From the NCBI GenBank assembly GCA_030704615.1, contig CM060734.1:51584001-51648000 (forward strand): a stretch of DNA of 64,000 nucleotides. The letters are read 5' to 3'. Position numbers and translations under genes: made by a program. The DNA comes from Takakia lepidozioides (lineage: Eukaryota > Plantae > Bryophyta). The notes beneath the pieces are model-generated. The model ran no database searches and had not been told where the DNA came from. It saw nothing but the letters and a program-made list of their open reading frames with translations. Below, piece by piece: positions 13,901 to 29,900 of this stretch (its first letter is position 1; every line of letters begins with the position of its first letter).

Positions 13901-15273
13901 CAATCTCTGTCAGTCTCTGTCTTGGACTAAATGTTTATATCAAGGTAAGTCCCACTGCTGGAGTGAGCCCCTCACAAAGGTAGTGTCTGTTCCCTCTTGC
14001 TCTGCCCAAACTGGGCACGGGGTTGAAGGCCACAAGGCTATGGCAAACATCTTATGAGTACATTCTCTCTGCACTCTTTGGGCTTCCTGTGGATGTTATT
14101 ATCTTGTGAGATTGGGGGACTGGGATCAGTGGAAGGAAATATTGAGCCATTAAGGTCTCTTTACTGGGGACGATGATCGGCATTTTATCCCCAGCACATG
14201 AGCAAATCTGCATCTTCCCCTGGCAATTGCTACCTGCTAGCAAGTGCATTTAAATAACAGAAGAATCTCGGAGGGATATGTCAGTTCCGAAGAATGGCAG
14301 AATTCGTTGTACACCATGCTCTACCACCTTCTGATATGCATTGCAAGAAACTATCGCTTTTTATCCATGGGACTCAAAAAGAAGCAAGGAGAGGATCAGA
14401 GAGGATCTCAGAAAGATCCAACAGACATGGGGATCAGCTAACCAGCTCAGATCAAATCCCTTCACAGTCCTCGGACAAAACTGCATCATCCTGCGTCCCT
14501 AGTTCTTAGCTAAATTCTCCACCTAGCTTCCACAAAGTCTGAGTCAGTTCCTACATCCAATAGACCAAGACAGGCAGATGCACTAACAGGACTCGTCAGG
14601 CTATAATTTGGCCAGTGTGTAGCACCCAAGGAGGGCTGACAGAAACTTTTTGCCCTACAGACTACCAGATGAGAAGATACAACTGTCCTTTCAGAGGCTG
14701 GCCTGCAGCTACGAGGACCTAAGTGTTTAGCAGCTTACCTGCATGAGGGACTCCAATTTTTAAGAGCAGTGGGATATTTTTCGGTTTCTTGTACGTCAAC
14801 AGTGCACAAAAGGTCAACTCTCTCCCTCCATGCAGACGTACAAAAAAAATCTTTGCAAATCCATCAGGGACAGAAGTTAGAATATTGACTGAGACTAACA
14901 GAGCATCCCGCTGATTTTGCAGACAGGCTTATGATGCTTTCAGACCAAATTGCGACAACCAAACAGTAGGAAATCAAACGTGCATAAATGATATGAAGAT
15001 GAAAAAGTATCAGAATCCAAACCCGAAACCAAATCATGCACAACATGTATGAGCAAGACACTCACAATACTCATGAACGCTTGCAAAAGGTGACCATTTC
15101 TCAGCTTAAACATGCAACGTAAGATATTAATGCGGAGTTGCACGCATTCCCTTAAACTCTCCTCGTGTCCTCCCCATCAAATCACCGATCAAAATGGAGC
15201 AAAAAACACAAAAAGAAAACTGCCAACATACATTCACAACGCGCCGCGTCATCTCTTCTTTGGGGACCGTCAT
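1956..15273 (-). CDS. NDX: Nodulin homeobox (NDX) protein, multi-exon
   Basis: Reconstructed exons: 15273-15232, 13799-13674, 13537-13382, 8307-8224, 8085-7957, 7736-7512, 7271-7140, 6898-6803, 6607-6443, 6307-5995, 5796-5671, 5215-5146, 4838-4784, 4399-4214, 3846-3241, 3054-3020, 2556-1956. N-terminus (VEELHALR...LATCLPLHLMA...SKLDQILLQEVK) and LRLADIFSDDSNFR match plant NDX. The atypical homeodomain (KRKRNIMNEAQI...QLKNWLNNRKARLAR) is split over three exons. First exon and the 4.4-4.8 kb junctions are less certain. Confidence 0.88.
8588..13311 (-). mobile_element. Near full-length non-LTR retrotransposon (APE endonuclease + RT + CCHC; RTE/RTEX-like), frameshifted, inside an NDX intron
   Basis: APE motifs (LATFNFSGL, QETW, LGDFNARVG, SDHFLV), RT motifs (GPDGI, NYRGITLL, QAGFR, LDVKKAYD, QGCTLSPLLF, FADD, YTYLG) and C-terminal CPLC..EDSIHFLIHC, spread over five ORF pieces. 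14-bp TSD AACTACTGAATATA at 8574-8587 and 13312-13325. Confidence 0.95.
12121..12530 (-). repeat. About 3 tandem units of 141/142 bp within the LINE, encoding a 47-aa repeat (..FGTLNGLPILKVYTRR..)
   Basis: TTACCCC-starting units at 12121, 12262 and 12404. The peptide repeats three times in the ORF track. Confidence 0.9.
13872..13903 (+). mobile_element. Ultra-short (32 bp) 3' end of the same LINE family
   Basis: AGGCTACGGCAAACAACGTCTTATGAGTACAA is identical to the 3' end of the 24586-25128 copy and is flanked by TC-rich sequence. Confidence 0.85.
13923..14062 (+). mobile_element. 3' end of a diverged subfamily (B) of the same LINE
   Basis: Colinear with the LINE's last ~140 bp (AAGGTAAGT...CAAACTGGGCACGGGG...CACAAGGCTA..CTTATGAGTACA). 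Shares diagnostic CTGGAGTGAGCCC with the 55.3-kb copy and is followed by TTCTCTCT. Confidence 0.8.
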
Positions 15274-16077
15274 CTCCACATCAAACGCTCGGCGAGTCGC
15301 AGCCCACAAAGGACAACGGTACCTCCATACCCATCTCCAATTCTCTCTTCCCCTTCTTCACTCCGCATCTTCACACTCCATCTCCTTCCACACTCTGATC
15401 AACACGTTCACTGCAACACTCGAGATGCTTACTATGTTTGTCGTATATTATTCTCATTATTAGGGCAGCAGTGACGGATGAATCCAGGGATGAATCCACC
15501 TCGCCCATGCATCCATTTCCTCAGATCGGGGCCCGGCCCTCTCGAGAATGGAGGAGCTGATTCTCTGCAGGAATGCAAGGAAGTAACAAAGATCTGCGTG
15601 GAAGGAGCCTGCAATTGCGAGGAAGGAAGCAGATGGGGTTTTTCTGCTGCAAAAGCAACAGTTTGTTCGTTGAGTCTCGACGGATCGAGAGCGAGTCTGT
15701 CTCGGTTGTGGGTCGGTACCCACACGTTAAAAGTGAATGGTTCACTCAATTACCCACCTTTCATAGCTGGTTTGGTGATACTGGGTTAGGGCCCTATCTG
15801 CTGTCCCGTGCCTATAAAGACCCAATGTCCCGCTCCACAATTGTTGGGCCAGTTGTCTAGTTGGACGCTTTTAGCATAGCAGGTTCTGGGTTTGCAGTGT
15901 AAACTACTTCGTCGTCCTGTGGTTCGCCTTTACAGAACCCACTGTCCTGCTGATTTATAGTGTAAGGGCTACTGCAAGGCGTTGTCCTTCCTCTGTGCGA
16001 GCTGCGCTACTTGTCTGCTTTGTGGGAGGCTCAGGACTGTGGTTGTCGGTGTAGTGCGGTTTAGTGCGGTTGCAACG
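15274..16077. promoter_or_regulatory. Putative shared (bidirectional) promoter and 5' UTRs of NDX and CDC48
   Basis: The two inferred ATGs (15273 on -, 16078 on +) diverge across about 800 bp. A site-II-like TGGGCC is near 15845. TSSs are not visible from sequence. Confidence 0.5.
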
Positions 16078-20399
<4,322 letters not shown>

Positions 20400-21513
20400 G
20401 AATAGGGGCATTGGAATGCAGGAGTAGAATTGATGTTATATATGAGGGGTTGATTGTACAGACGAAGTGTGGCGCGCCATGTGCTGGCCATCATTCTTTC
20501 CTAATGATTTGCGCAGTGTAGTGTGGTGCCATTAGAAGTTGTGCCCACCAATTGTGGGTGCAAATTTATTGCACGTCATCCTATGTTATTGGTATCTCAC
20601 CATTTGCACTTGGATCATGTTTCAGCGAGTTCAAGTTTGCAGGTTGAGCAGCTGTCATTTTGTCATCTCACCACTGCTCCTCCCTACTTCCATAGGGAGG
20701 GCTGTTGCAGTTGTTAGACATGTAGCTTCAGGGAGGACAGCTAATTGGGTACCCCTTTTTTATAGTGTAAGAACACTAGATGCTACACTAGTGTTCCAAC
20801 AAGTATTTAACTTGTTTCACTCGTTGTTTTCTGGCTTGTCTCCCAACTGATTTGATTGTGGACACTGAAACTTTTACAGCAGTTGAGCACTCACTTCAGC
20901 ACTTGGCCGGAAGGAACCCTTGGCACAGCTGCTGTCATCAAATGCAGCCAATTTGTGGTTGTAACTCCTGAATCTAGTTGGTTTTCATCTGCCAGCTGTT
21001 CAAGTCCAGGCCCATGCTTTCTACTACAATCTGTGCAGGTCTGTGCAAATGGGTTTGTAGAGGTGTCCCATTGGGACACAGTTCTAAAGATTGGTATTGG
21101 CATATTGGTATGGGCTGTTAGAGAGCAAGAACAATCAATCCTCTCCTTGTGAGATGTATATATTACGAAGTTCTGAGTGCACAGACGGCTTCTGCAAATG
21201 GCTGCAAGATTGAGATATTCTCACTGCAGTGAAAAGAGACGGGGGACACCCAGATTAGTAAAAAGAGTAACAGTAGAGACCCTTAAGTCAATGGAAACTC
21301 AGAACCTCTCTTGTCCACTTTTTGAGTGAACAGGCATGCAGTCTGGGACAAGGGGAAGAGTGCTGAAACTGGAGAGAAGCATAAGATGATCAGAACTGAT
21401 GTCATGGGACAAATGAGTCAGAAAATGCTGTGTAGTCTAGCGGTAAAGTGTATAGAGAGCCTCACAAATTTTGATCAAATTACAAAGCTATATACTAGTC
21501 ATGGCTGTGACAG

Positions 21514-23235
21514 CTACAGCATTTGCTGCACAATACCAAGGTTAATGGTATCGCGCACCATGAGCACCACACCAAGAGCTAGTAGCAGCAAAATACCCGA
21601 GGACATGATCCCCTGCTCCACTCCATCTGGCAGCTTCTTGCCTCCTCTCACAGCTTCCAGTGCTACAAGGGCCAAGTATCCTCCATCTAAAGCAGGCAGA
21701 GGCAACAGATTCACCACTGCCAAGTTTATGTTCACTATTGCAGCAAACTGAAAAAGACCAGCTACATCTGCCCGCGCCACTTCAGCGCCAACCGCCACAA
21801 TTGCTACAGGACCTGACAATTTGTCAGCTGTCTGCGCGAAGTTGAAAAACACCTGCCTCAATCCATCGATCACAGTGGTGAAGAGTCTGGAAAAATCCCT
21901 GCTTGCCAGTACTGCAGCATCTGCCAAGTTTTCAGCCCTCACCCGGTGTGGCTTTGCATTGGGGGACAGCTGCACCCCAATCTTGCCTGACCCATCAATG
22001 GCCACATCAGGCACCACCTGCAAGCTCACCTCATCAGCACCACGTTTTACACTGAGCACCAGCTTGTGATTAGGACTGCGTTTGATGGTGTCCACCAGAT
22101 CAAATACGGACGCCTCCCTGCTCCCCAACTTGCGCCCATCCACTGCAGCTACCACATCCCCTGCGAACACGCCCGCTCTGGCAGCAGCGGAATTGACTAT
22201 GACCTCTGGCACTACCACCCCTGGAAAGAATTCCTGCTCCAGCAACCCTACTGTGAGCACCTGAGTGAAGAGCACTGTGTATGCAAATAGGATGTTGGCC
22301 AACACTCCGGCTGAGATAACAAGGGCTCGCTGAGGAATGGGCCGGTTCTTGAGCAGGTCTGGGTCATCAGCTTTGTATGCACTCTCTGGATCATCATCCG
22401 GGAAGGCAACGAACCCACCCAAGGGGAATGCTCTCAGAGAATACTCCACCTTCTTACCTTGAATCTTGGCTAGTGTGGGCCCAAAGCCAATGGCAAACTT
22501 CGTAACGTGAATGCCCTGCAGCCGTGCAGCCAGGAAATGACCAGCTTCATGCACGGTGATGATGGCCGCCAGTACCCCCAGCGCTTGCACCACAGACTGC
22601 GGACCCTCTAGCGCCAGCGCAGGTAGCGTCAGCAGTACCATACCCTGGACTTTCCCGATTACCCCCCACCTCTCTACTTCTGTTTGTCCTCCACCTTCAC
22701 AACCCCTTGCCAACTCGAGGTGGGCTCTGCTTTTCGGCTTTCTTCTCTCATCCTCCAGCTCTCCATCAAATGCTTCTCCAACAACTGATTCCTCCCTGAT
22801 GGTATGCTGCCCTAAGTTCTGGGACGGTCGGGGCTCCATGCCAGCCCGCCATCCTTTTCCTTGCTTTAAGCCTTGACCTGAACAATCTGGGCCTCTCCAG
22901 CCTTTTACTCCAGGCCTCAAGTGAATCCATCTACAACTTCTCCTCCCTAACGAGAAAACCCGCTGAAATCGACGAGCTTGCGGGTCTAGAATTTGCGAAT
23001 TGTGCAATACCCGCAATGAATGCACAGGGCTGCGGCCTGCCTCTAAGCATGGCTTCCGTCTCGCCAGTGATTCCGGTATTGAACCCCCTGCATAAATAAC
23101 ACCAACTGTGGTGTGTCGAGGTGGGCACAGCTGCCATTCACTTCTACTACTACTACAAGTAGCACACAGTAGCTGACGAGGTAGAGTCATGGCAGTGGCC
23201 ATGGCCAGCAGCCCATGCCACGCCCTTTCACCCAC
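21514..23235 (-). CDS. Plastid membrane zinc metalloprotease, M50/RseP (ARASP-like) with PDZ domain; single exon
   Basis: 573-aa ORF with HEAGH zinc motif, FAIGFGP, PLGGFV, a PDZ-like segment and NLLPLPALDGG. The long N-terminal extension is consistent with a transit peptide. Confidence 0.93.
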   Translation of the reverse strand: MGERAWHGLLAMATAMTLPRQLLCATCSSSRSEWQLCPPRHTTVGVIYAGGSIPESLARRKPCLEAGRSPVHSLRVLHNSQILDPQARRFQRVFSLGRRSCRWIHLRPGVKGWRGPDCSGQGLKQGKGWRAGMEPRPSQNLGQHTIREESVVGEAFDGELEDERRKPKSRAHLELARGCEGGGQTEVERWGVIGKVQGMVLLTLPALALEGPQSVVQALGVLAAIITVHEAGHFLAARLQGIHVTKFAIGFGPTLAKIQGKKVEYSLRAFPLGGFVAFPDDDPESAYKADDPDLLKNRPIPQRALVISAGVLANILFAYTVLFTQVLTVGLLEQEFFPGVVVPEVIVNSAAARAGVFAGDVVAAVDGRKLGSREASVFDLVDTIKRSPNHKLVLSVKRGADEVSLQVVPDVAIDGSGKIGVQLSPNAKPHRVRAENLADAAVLASRDFSRLFTTVIDGLRQVFFNFAQTADKLSGPVAIVAVGAEVARADVAGLFQFAAIVNINLAVVNLLPLPALDGGYLALVALEAVRGGKKLPDGVEQGIMSSGILLLLALGVVLMVRDTINLGIVQQML

Positions 23236-23743
23236 TGATAGCTTCCTCTCTGTGTCTCACAATGCACCAGGCCAGGAGAAGCGCAACTCCTTCAACTCCT
23301 TCAATCTACAGGAACAGAGAAAAACCGACACACGCCGCTCCCTCCCCCTCTCTCCCCAATCTCTCCACTCACCACTGCTCAAAGGGTCCACAATCGAGTC
23401 CGGTGGTAGGGTCCCAAGTCCCTGACCTTACAAACCAGGGAGTGTGACACAAAGACCCCCCTTGCAGATAAGCCCCATTTCCACCACGTGCCTCTGTCAC
23501 TCCCTACCCACATAGTACTCTGGACTTCGTGCCTCATAAAAAGTGGGAGATCTCTCTGCTGCTGGCAGCAGTCCCATCTCCTAACAGTGTTCTCATCTGT
23601 TCTCTCTGTGCTGGGAACAGAAGAAGATCAGTGAGAACTTGGCGGGCCCTGACGCGAGCACTTAGTATCCTGGGGACCTCTCTCGATGCTAATCTGGCCG
23701 GATCTGGATTCCAGTGTAGGTGGAGGAGGCTGTTGAGGCAGCG

Positions 23744-26330
23744 ATGGCGCTTGCCAAAAGGGGCATTGTCAACACCTCCTTTTTCCAGAATTCAGCATCC
23801 TGCACGCTGTTGAATGCGCGCCATGCATGCCTGGAGGTGCATCGCAGGGGGTATTGCGAACCAGCAAGTACAGCCATGTGTGATCCCAATGTAAAAACAG
23901 CCACTCCCTAAAGTTAGTCCTCAATTTCGGTGGCCACACGTTGAAGCATGCATACAGCTATATATATGCACCCCTGCACACACGCATGGACATGGGTTTT
24001 GGCATTTCCTTGCCTGCACCTTGGCTGTCAAGCGCATGGCTTGCCCAGACAGAAACTTTGTCTCCCCTTTTAGTAATTCATATGTGGGTTGGAGCTTTGT
24101 CAGTTTTGTCTTTTACCCCTGGCTTGGTCTGGTTGTTTTGTGGAGTGTTGGTGGATTTTGTACCTGCGGATGGTGGATTTGGAGGTGGGAAGAGCTATCC
24201 TGCAATAGAAGAGACAGGCTGATAAATAGATTCGGGCAGATGGATCTGTGTGGACATGCCACACTGGCATCAGCTCATCTGCTGTTTGCATCAGGCATTG
24301 TGGATGGGGTCAAAGTGCACTTCCACACCAGATCAGGGATGCTCACAGCAACAAAGGGGTTTCCGGCTGTGAAGAGTATGAGAGATCACCTTCACAGGAG
24401 GAAGAGAAGGTGCCCAAGGGCCGACATGAAGCGGCCAGGGAGCAAAGTAGTGCAGCTTACCTTCCCGCTGGTGCCTTCCTCCGCGTGCAATGATGTCTCT
24501 GTTCTCTTTGATGCTCTGGGAAGCCCCCAGGTTACCTGGGCTGGCCAAACTAGCTCTGGTAATTATTTGATTCTCTCTCTCCTCTCTGAACTTGTTTCCA
24601 GTCAGTGACATGGGGGAGGACATCTTGGATGACCTCAAGGGTCTACCCACTCTCGACACTAGACTGAAATTTAAACTCAGGGCAGGAAGCCTACCCTTGA
24701 ACAGCAAACAGAAGCAGAGAGGAAAGGGAGAGTGCAATTGCCCGTTGTGTGGGCAACCTGAAGACAGTATTCATTTTCTGATACACTGTCCGGGGTTCTC
24801 TCACCAAAGAGATGCTCTCTTCAAATCTATCAAGGGAATTGTACCTGTACCTCTGTTTACCAACTTTGAAAGTCTCGAGGCTGAGCCAAAAGCCCAGGCC
24901 CTCCTGAGGCCTAGTTTTTGGGCAAATCACACCCAACAGATTGATGCTTGTGTGAAGGGATTTCTAGAGGATATCTGGAAAACCCGGAGTAATTCTATAT
25001 ATGAAGGTAAGTCTTACTACCAACGTCAGCCCCTGACAGAGGTAGGTTCTGTCCCTTTTGTTTCCGCTCAAACTGGGCGCGGGGTCAATGGCCACAAGGC
25101 TACGGCAAACAACGTCTTATGAGTACAATCTCTCTCGCTCTTTATCTCTTTCTCTCTTCAATATCTTCATTACACACAACAAATGGTGTCATTAATATCT
25201 GCCTCGTGTGCTCTTCGGTCGTTTCCAGCCAATGTGACGCCTGTTGTTGGACCAGGTATGGTGATAATTAAAGCTTGCAATTAGACATTGACTTCAACTG
25301 TTAGAGAGCTAACACAACACAAGTGGAGTTTGGTCATGCAAGGGGGGTCTCATTTCCTTTGGGTTCTGAAATATTTAAGACTGCGAGACAAACATGGATG
25401 CGGAATGTATGTTTAGTTTGCCACTGACTTGTTCCAGAATTTTGGATATGCAAAGGTTGAGCTACCCACGAGCAAAGATGTGGAGCCTATAAAGCCCACA
25501 AATTGGTGGATCTAAATGGTCCAGGTGGTGTGTCATTGTGACGGCAAGGCAACTGTATCCAAGGATAGTGAGTTCAATTTTGTGTCATGGTTCTTCCACC
25601 CTAAACTGGGTGTAAATGAGGTATGGAAAGCTTACAATGTGCTAATGTGGGCCATGTGGAAGTTGTGATGGTGTGCCCTGGATGACATCCCCCATGTGGT
25701 TTGTTACAATTTGCACTCCAGAACCATGTCTGACATGTTCATGATGATGTGCAATTGTGTACATCTGCCTCAGAGAATCTGATTTTTAGAATCGCAACAC
25801 CTCCATGACCAGGATACAGCAACAGGTAGTGTTGATTGCACATTGGGTCCATATTTAGCTGAAGGCTTACCAGGTGAGTTGTGGTTTTCCAGAAATTTTA
25901 GACAGCCTCTTTCTTACAAACACATTATTGTCATGTTGCCTCCACTCCACAGAATGGTATTACGCATTATGAAGACCTCAAGTTGGTTACCTGCATTAGC
26001 CAACTTCATTTCATGTGAGACAGGTTTTGATATGCTTGCTGGTTTCAGTATTCTACTGTGCCCCCCATGGATGTATGGGATTCCCCTCCATGATCTCACC
26101 CTACCTTCAAACAGACTGGAAATTGAAAAGCATTCTTCCATTTCCCTTCTGATCCTTCACTGATGTTCAGTTCCAATATATGGTCATTTGTATGAGACAA
26201 AGGGATCACATTGAACAGGCCTCTTAGCGTGGAGGCAGATTTGAACTGCGGGTAGATGTGGAGGCTGGCCAAGCTTACATACAAGGTGGTGCTGTTTTAG
26301 TCATGGCAGGAGTTGTTCTCCACACGATGG
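23744..26330 (+). pseudogene. PhzF/PhzC-like (diaminopimelate epimerase-like fold) pseudogene
   Basis: DLCGHATLASAH..F..G.V....HFHTRSGMLTA (from ~24240), FVSWFFHPKLGVNE (to 25620), DTATGSVDC in place of the usual EDPxxGSAxC, and AS*RGG...VLVMAG. In-frame stops at 25513-25515 and 26225-26227; LINE fragment at an exon end. The 5' boundary is uncertain. Confidence 0.8.
24586..25128 (+). mobile_element. 5'-truncated LINE copy (543 bp), same family as 8588-13311
   Basis: Encodes the same C-terminal 176 aa with about 10 substitutions. Ends TTATGAGTACAA, with TC tracts on both sides. Confidence 0.95.
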
Positions 26331-26953
26331 AGATCGATCTGGTTGTCCAATGTTTTACATTATATTGGGGTACTCAGTTTAAGCATTCACTAGATATTGA
26401 CAGAGCCAGACTTCAAAAAGTTGCATCAACTTCACAATGCAGGGAATGAGAGGGTGCATTGGTCTGAAGAGCACATGAAGGCATACATATTGGCAGTTGG
26501 TGCTCCTGAGGAGAGGATTGCACCTCTGGAGGACAATAGCTCGCAATTCAGTGATCTCTGGGCTTCAGACCCAGTGTATTTTTTTGCAAAGACGGCCATT
26601 TGTGTAATCATCTTAGAAACTCACAAAGCCTTGGAGCATCTGTGGCTGTATAAGCTTCTTTACATCACCATCAAGGTTGGCATTGGAGTGGGAAATGGAC
26701 ATCATTGATGACAAAGGGTTCATCCTTCACAGGATTTGCATTGTTCTGTACCATGTTTTGATCCACTGCCCAAGCATTCCATATATCTACATAATATTGT
26801 ACAGGTGGCAACCTAACCTCAAGAACCCCTTGGTGGAAAACATATAGATCTATCATATGACCAACTTCACTCAAGCCCTTACATTACTGATTCACAGATG
26901 TACTGAAGGGTAATCAATATGAAAAAGTGATACCACTATCAACCACATTGAGA

Positions 26954-29900
26954 TTACACCGCTCTGACCCACCGACCCCCACACATTGGGCAGCCAAAGG
27001 CCCATCTTCCTGTCCAGCAGGAGTCTCGAACACTTTGGTTGGGTGCTGCACTATTTGGTGCTGCTAGAGCTGCTGTTTGTCTCCCACATCGCATGCACTG
27101 ACCACATAGCCAACAAACCAGTGATTACATGTCAATATATATACCTCAATTACAGTTTGCTTTCAACTAATCTCATGTTGCAATTGTGATTCTGATCGAG
27201 TTATCACAGGATTGACAGAAAACGCTAGGTTCCTCTGCCTCTGTGCTTAGTTGAGGACGTGAAATTGACCAGGATTTCCTGAACCAACCCTCACTTACTG
27301 TCGACTCTACTTCCCATTGTAGGACCTTTAAATTATAATTGCGCCTAATCAAATGCCAGGTACACTTTACTTTCTATCAGGTAAGAAAACAACTAGTAAG
27401 ACAGACCTTATGCCAGACCCCATGCTGGACAGGTTTCCAGACAGCTGTGATGACATCACGACGAGATCCTAGCAGGCATGCGAAGCTGCCCAATCCAACT
27501 GCTGTTCGGAGGCCAAATGCGGTATCATGCTCTGCACGTCTGCGTTTTCTTGGCCACAGCTCAATAGGATTTGGATCTGGATTCTCAAAAGCCAGATCAG
27601 TGTCAAATGTACCCGACCACGCCCCCCCTGACAAGTTGCGGCGACTCCATTCTTCTGCAGGAGGGTGGAGTTCTAGTTCCCGCATCAGCAACCCTGCTGC
27701 ATCAGCTCCACGTGGTCGTGGCAAGTTCTGCAATGCACCCCACCCCTGTTAGAGTAATAGCCTACTGTCCTGCTACAGGACAATGACAGGAACACCTCAC
27801 CACAATTGAAATAGCAGAGTTGTCGCTACACCTATGCAGGTGCTCCTGGACACTACAACTGCAAATTTTTGCTGTTAGATGAGGTTGTTCTCACTTTCAC
27901 AGGAATTCAACAGTTACAGGCAGCAAGGTACTTGCACACCTGCATGTGAGGTCCAAGGGAAGCCTCCACAACCTCAGCAGCAACTGTGAACTGGCCATCA
28001 ATGAAATGCAGTCGCAGAATTGGGTTGCTGATGTCAACTTGTGACTTTGGCAGTGGATGTGGCAGAGGCGCAGTTCGTCGGCAGAGATCAACCAGCACTA
28101 GAAACAAAAATTTAACCTGCACTGTGATGGTAATGTCACTTCTCAAGCAGTATATGGGTATGAAAGTGGGCTATGTAGAGAAATAGAAAGAATGCCAAAA
28201 AGACTACAAGATAGGGGAAGGGTCTTCAGGAATACTCACCTCATCTGAAGTATACCCTTGGCCAGAATTGCCATTACCCACACGTGCAGAACGTGGATTG
28301 GCAACCTCATCAGGTCCCTTGCTGCTTGGTGCAGTTCGTGTGACCACTTGACCCTCCTCCATTTTAACAGCAACTGTGGTGCTGTTGCGAGGTCCCGAGG
28401 CAGCCTCCTCTTTGGTGGGCCCTAATTTGTTGGATTCATTGCTACTTCGAGTTGCACCACCCATAGCTCGAGGGAGTTGACGTTTTCTGAATATGAGACA
28501 GAACAATAGAAGCTGACACAACCTGTGAAGGAAGTGGCAGTCACCAATCAGGCGCACTGCTGGCGTCCCAGGAAAGGTGGCCGTGCTCACACTCAGTGGC
28601 AAAGGACCACCAGGCACTCCCACACTTGTGCTAGGCATTGCAGCAGACGATGGAGCGTCCGTACTAGTGCTCTTGCTGCTGATCTTGGCTATGGCCCCCT
28701 GCACCCATGCTTGCACTTGTGCTGTTCCTCCATTGCTTCCCGTTGCCACTTGCACACCTGATTACAGCCCACCATGCCAGAAACAAGAGTTAAGGGTCTG
28801 AAGCTAACAAGAAGTTTGTGTATCTACTCAATCACTTTTCATTCCACTCATAAACAGCAGGTCCCTTTCCTACAGTATATTTAATTCGGATACAGTCTGT
28901 TAGATGTGGCTTACCCTGGATGGCAGGAGATGGGGTAACAGCAGTGATAGCAGAAGAACGAGAGTTGGATGGGGCAGGGGTGCCTGAGGCCGCATGGGCG
29001 GTGGCCAGCGTGCGGCAGAAGCTGGCATACCGCCGCAATCGTGTCAAAAAGTGGGATGCCAGGTCCAACACTGCATCCACGTATGCCTACAGTCACACAC
29101 AGTGCCTTCAATACTTTCCTCCAAGTAAAGCAGTGTCTGGGTTGGTCGTGACTGGATGATACGCTAAGAAAACTACAAGCAGAAGAGAGGGGGCACCTGA
29201 ATAGTGGGAACAAGGGCAGGATCCACAGCCATAGCATCAACACCAAGCCCTGTTAGGTCCTCACTAGAGGCTTGCCATGGCTCAGCAATGAGTGTGGAAG
29301 GGTTCACTAATGCTGCCTCAATCCCACGCCCCAACATATCCAGCATCAAGCGCCCCTGCATGTCCAGTACCAACACCCGCACATCGGCCGCTTCGACACC
29401 CTCCAGAATGCGACACTTGATCCTATCCAATGCCTGTATCAGAGCTCATCAATTTCCCTCAGTAGTCCAAACCAAGAGCCTAAAATAGGGATCCGCACAT
29501 ACCACTATCTTGACTATTTGGTGCTTTTCTCCCTCTAGCCAATCATCATAGGTGACAAAGAGAAAGGCAGATCCACAGAGGTACAGCAAAACCTGAGTCT
29601 TTTCAAACCTTGACCTTTCTACAAGGATGGACAGCCTCCTCATTTCCCTTGCAGATCCAAGGAACTCGCCCTTGCAGGTAGCGAAAGCTTGAAAAGTGAA
29701 ATGACTTACAGGGCCATAATGCTGACGATGCACAGCTTTAGGAAGCACATGAAAGTCATTGTCCAGTATTGCCATCACTCTGCCTACTGTTACTGCAACC
29801 TCCCCAACACCATGCTTCTCAGAATATGTCGTTTGCTGTGCCTATGAAGGGTGACAGGCAGGAAAAGGCATGGGGAGAGAGGTGCAAAACCATCAGCAAA

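Noticed and set aside
21514-23235. Intronless bacterial-like RseP as recent HGT or contamination
   Set aside because: It has a long transit-peptide-like extension and belongs to a known plastid-targeted plant family of endosymbiotic origin.
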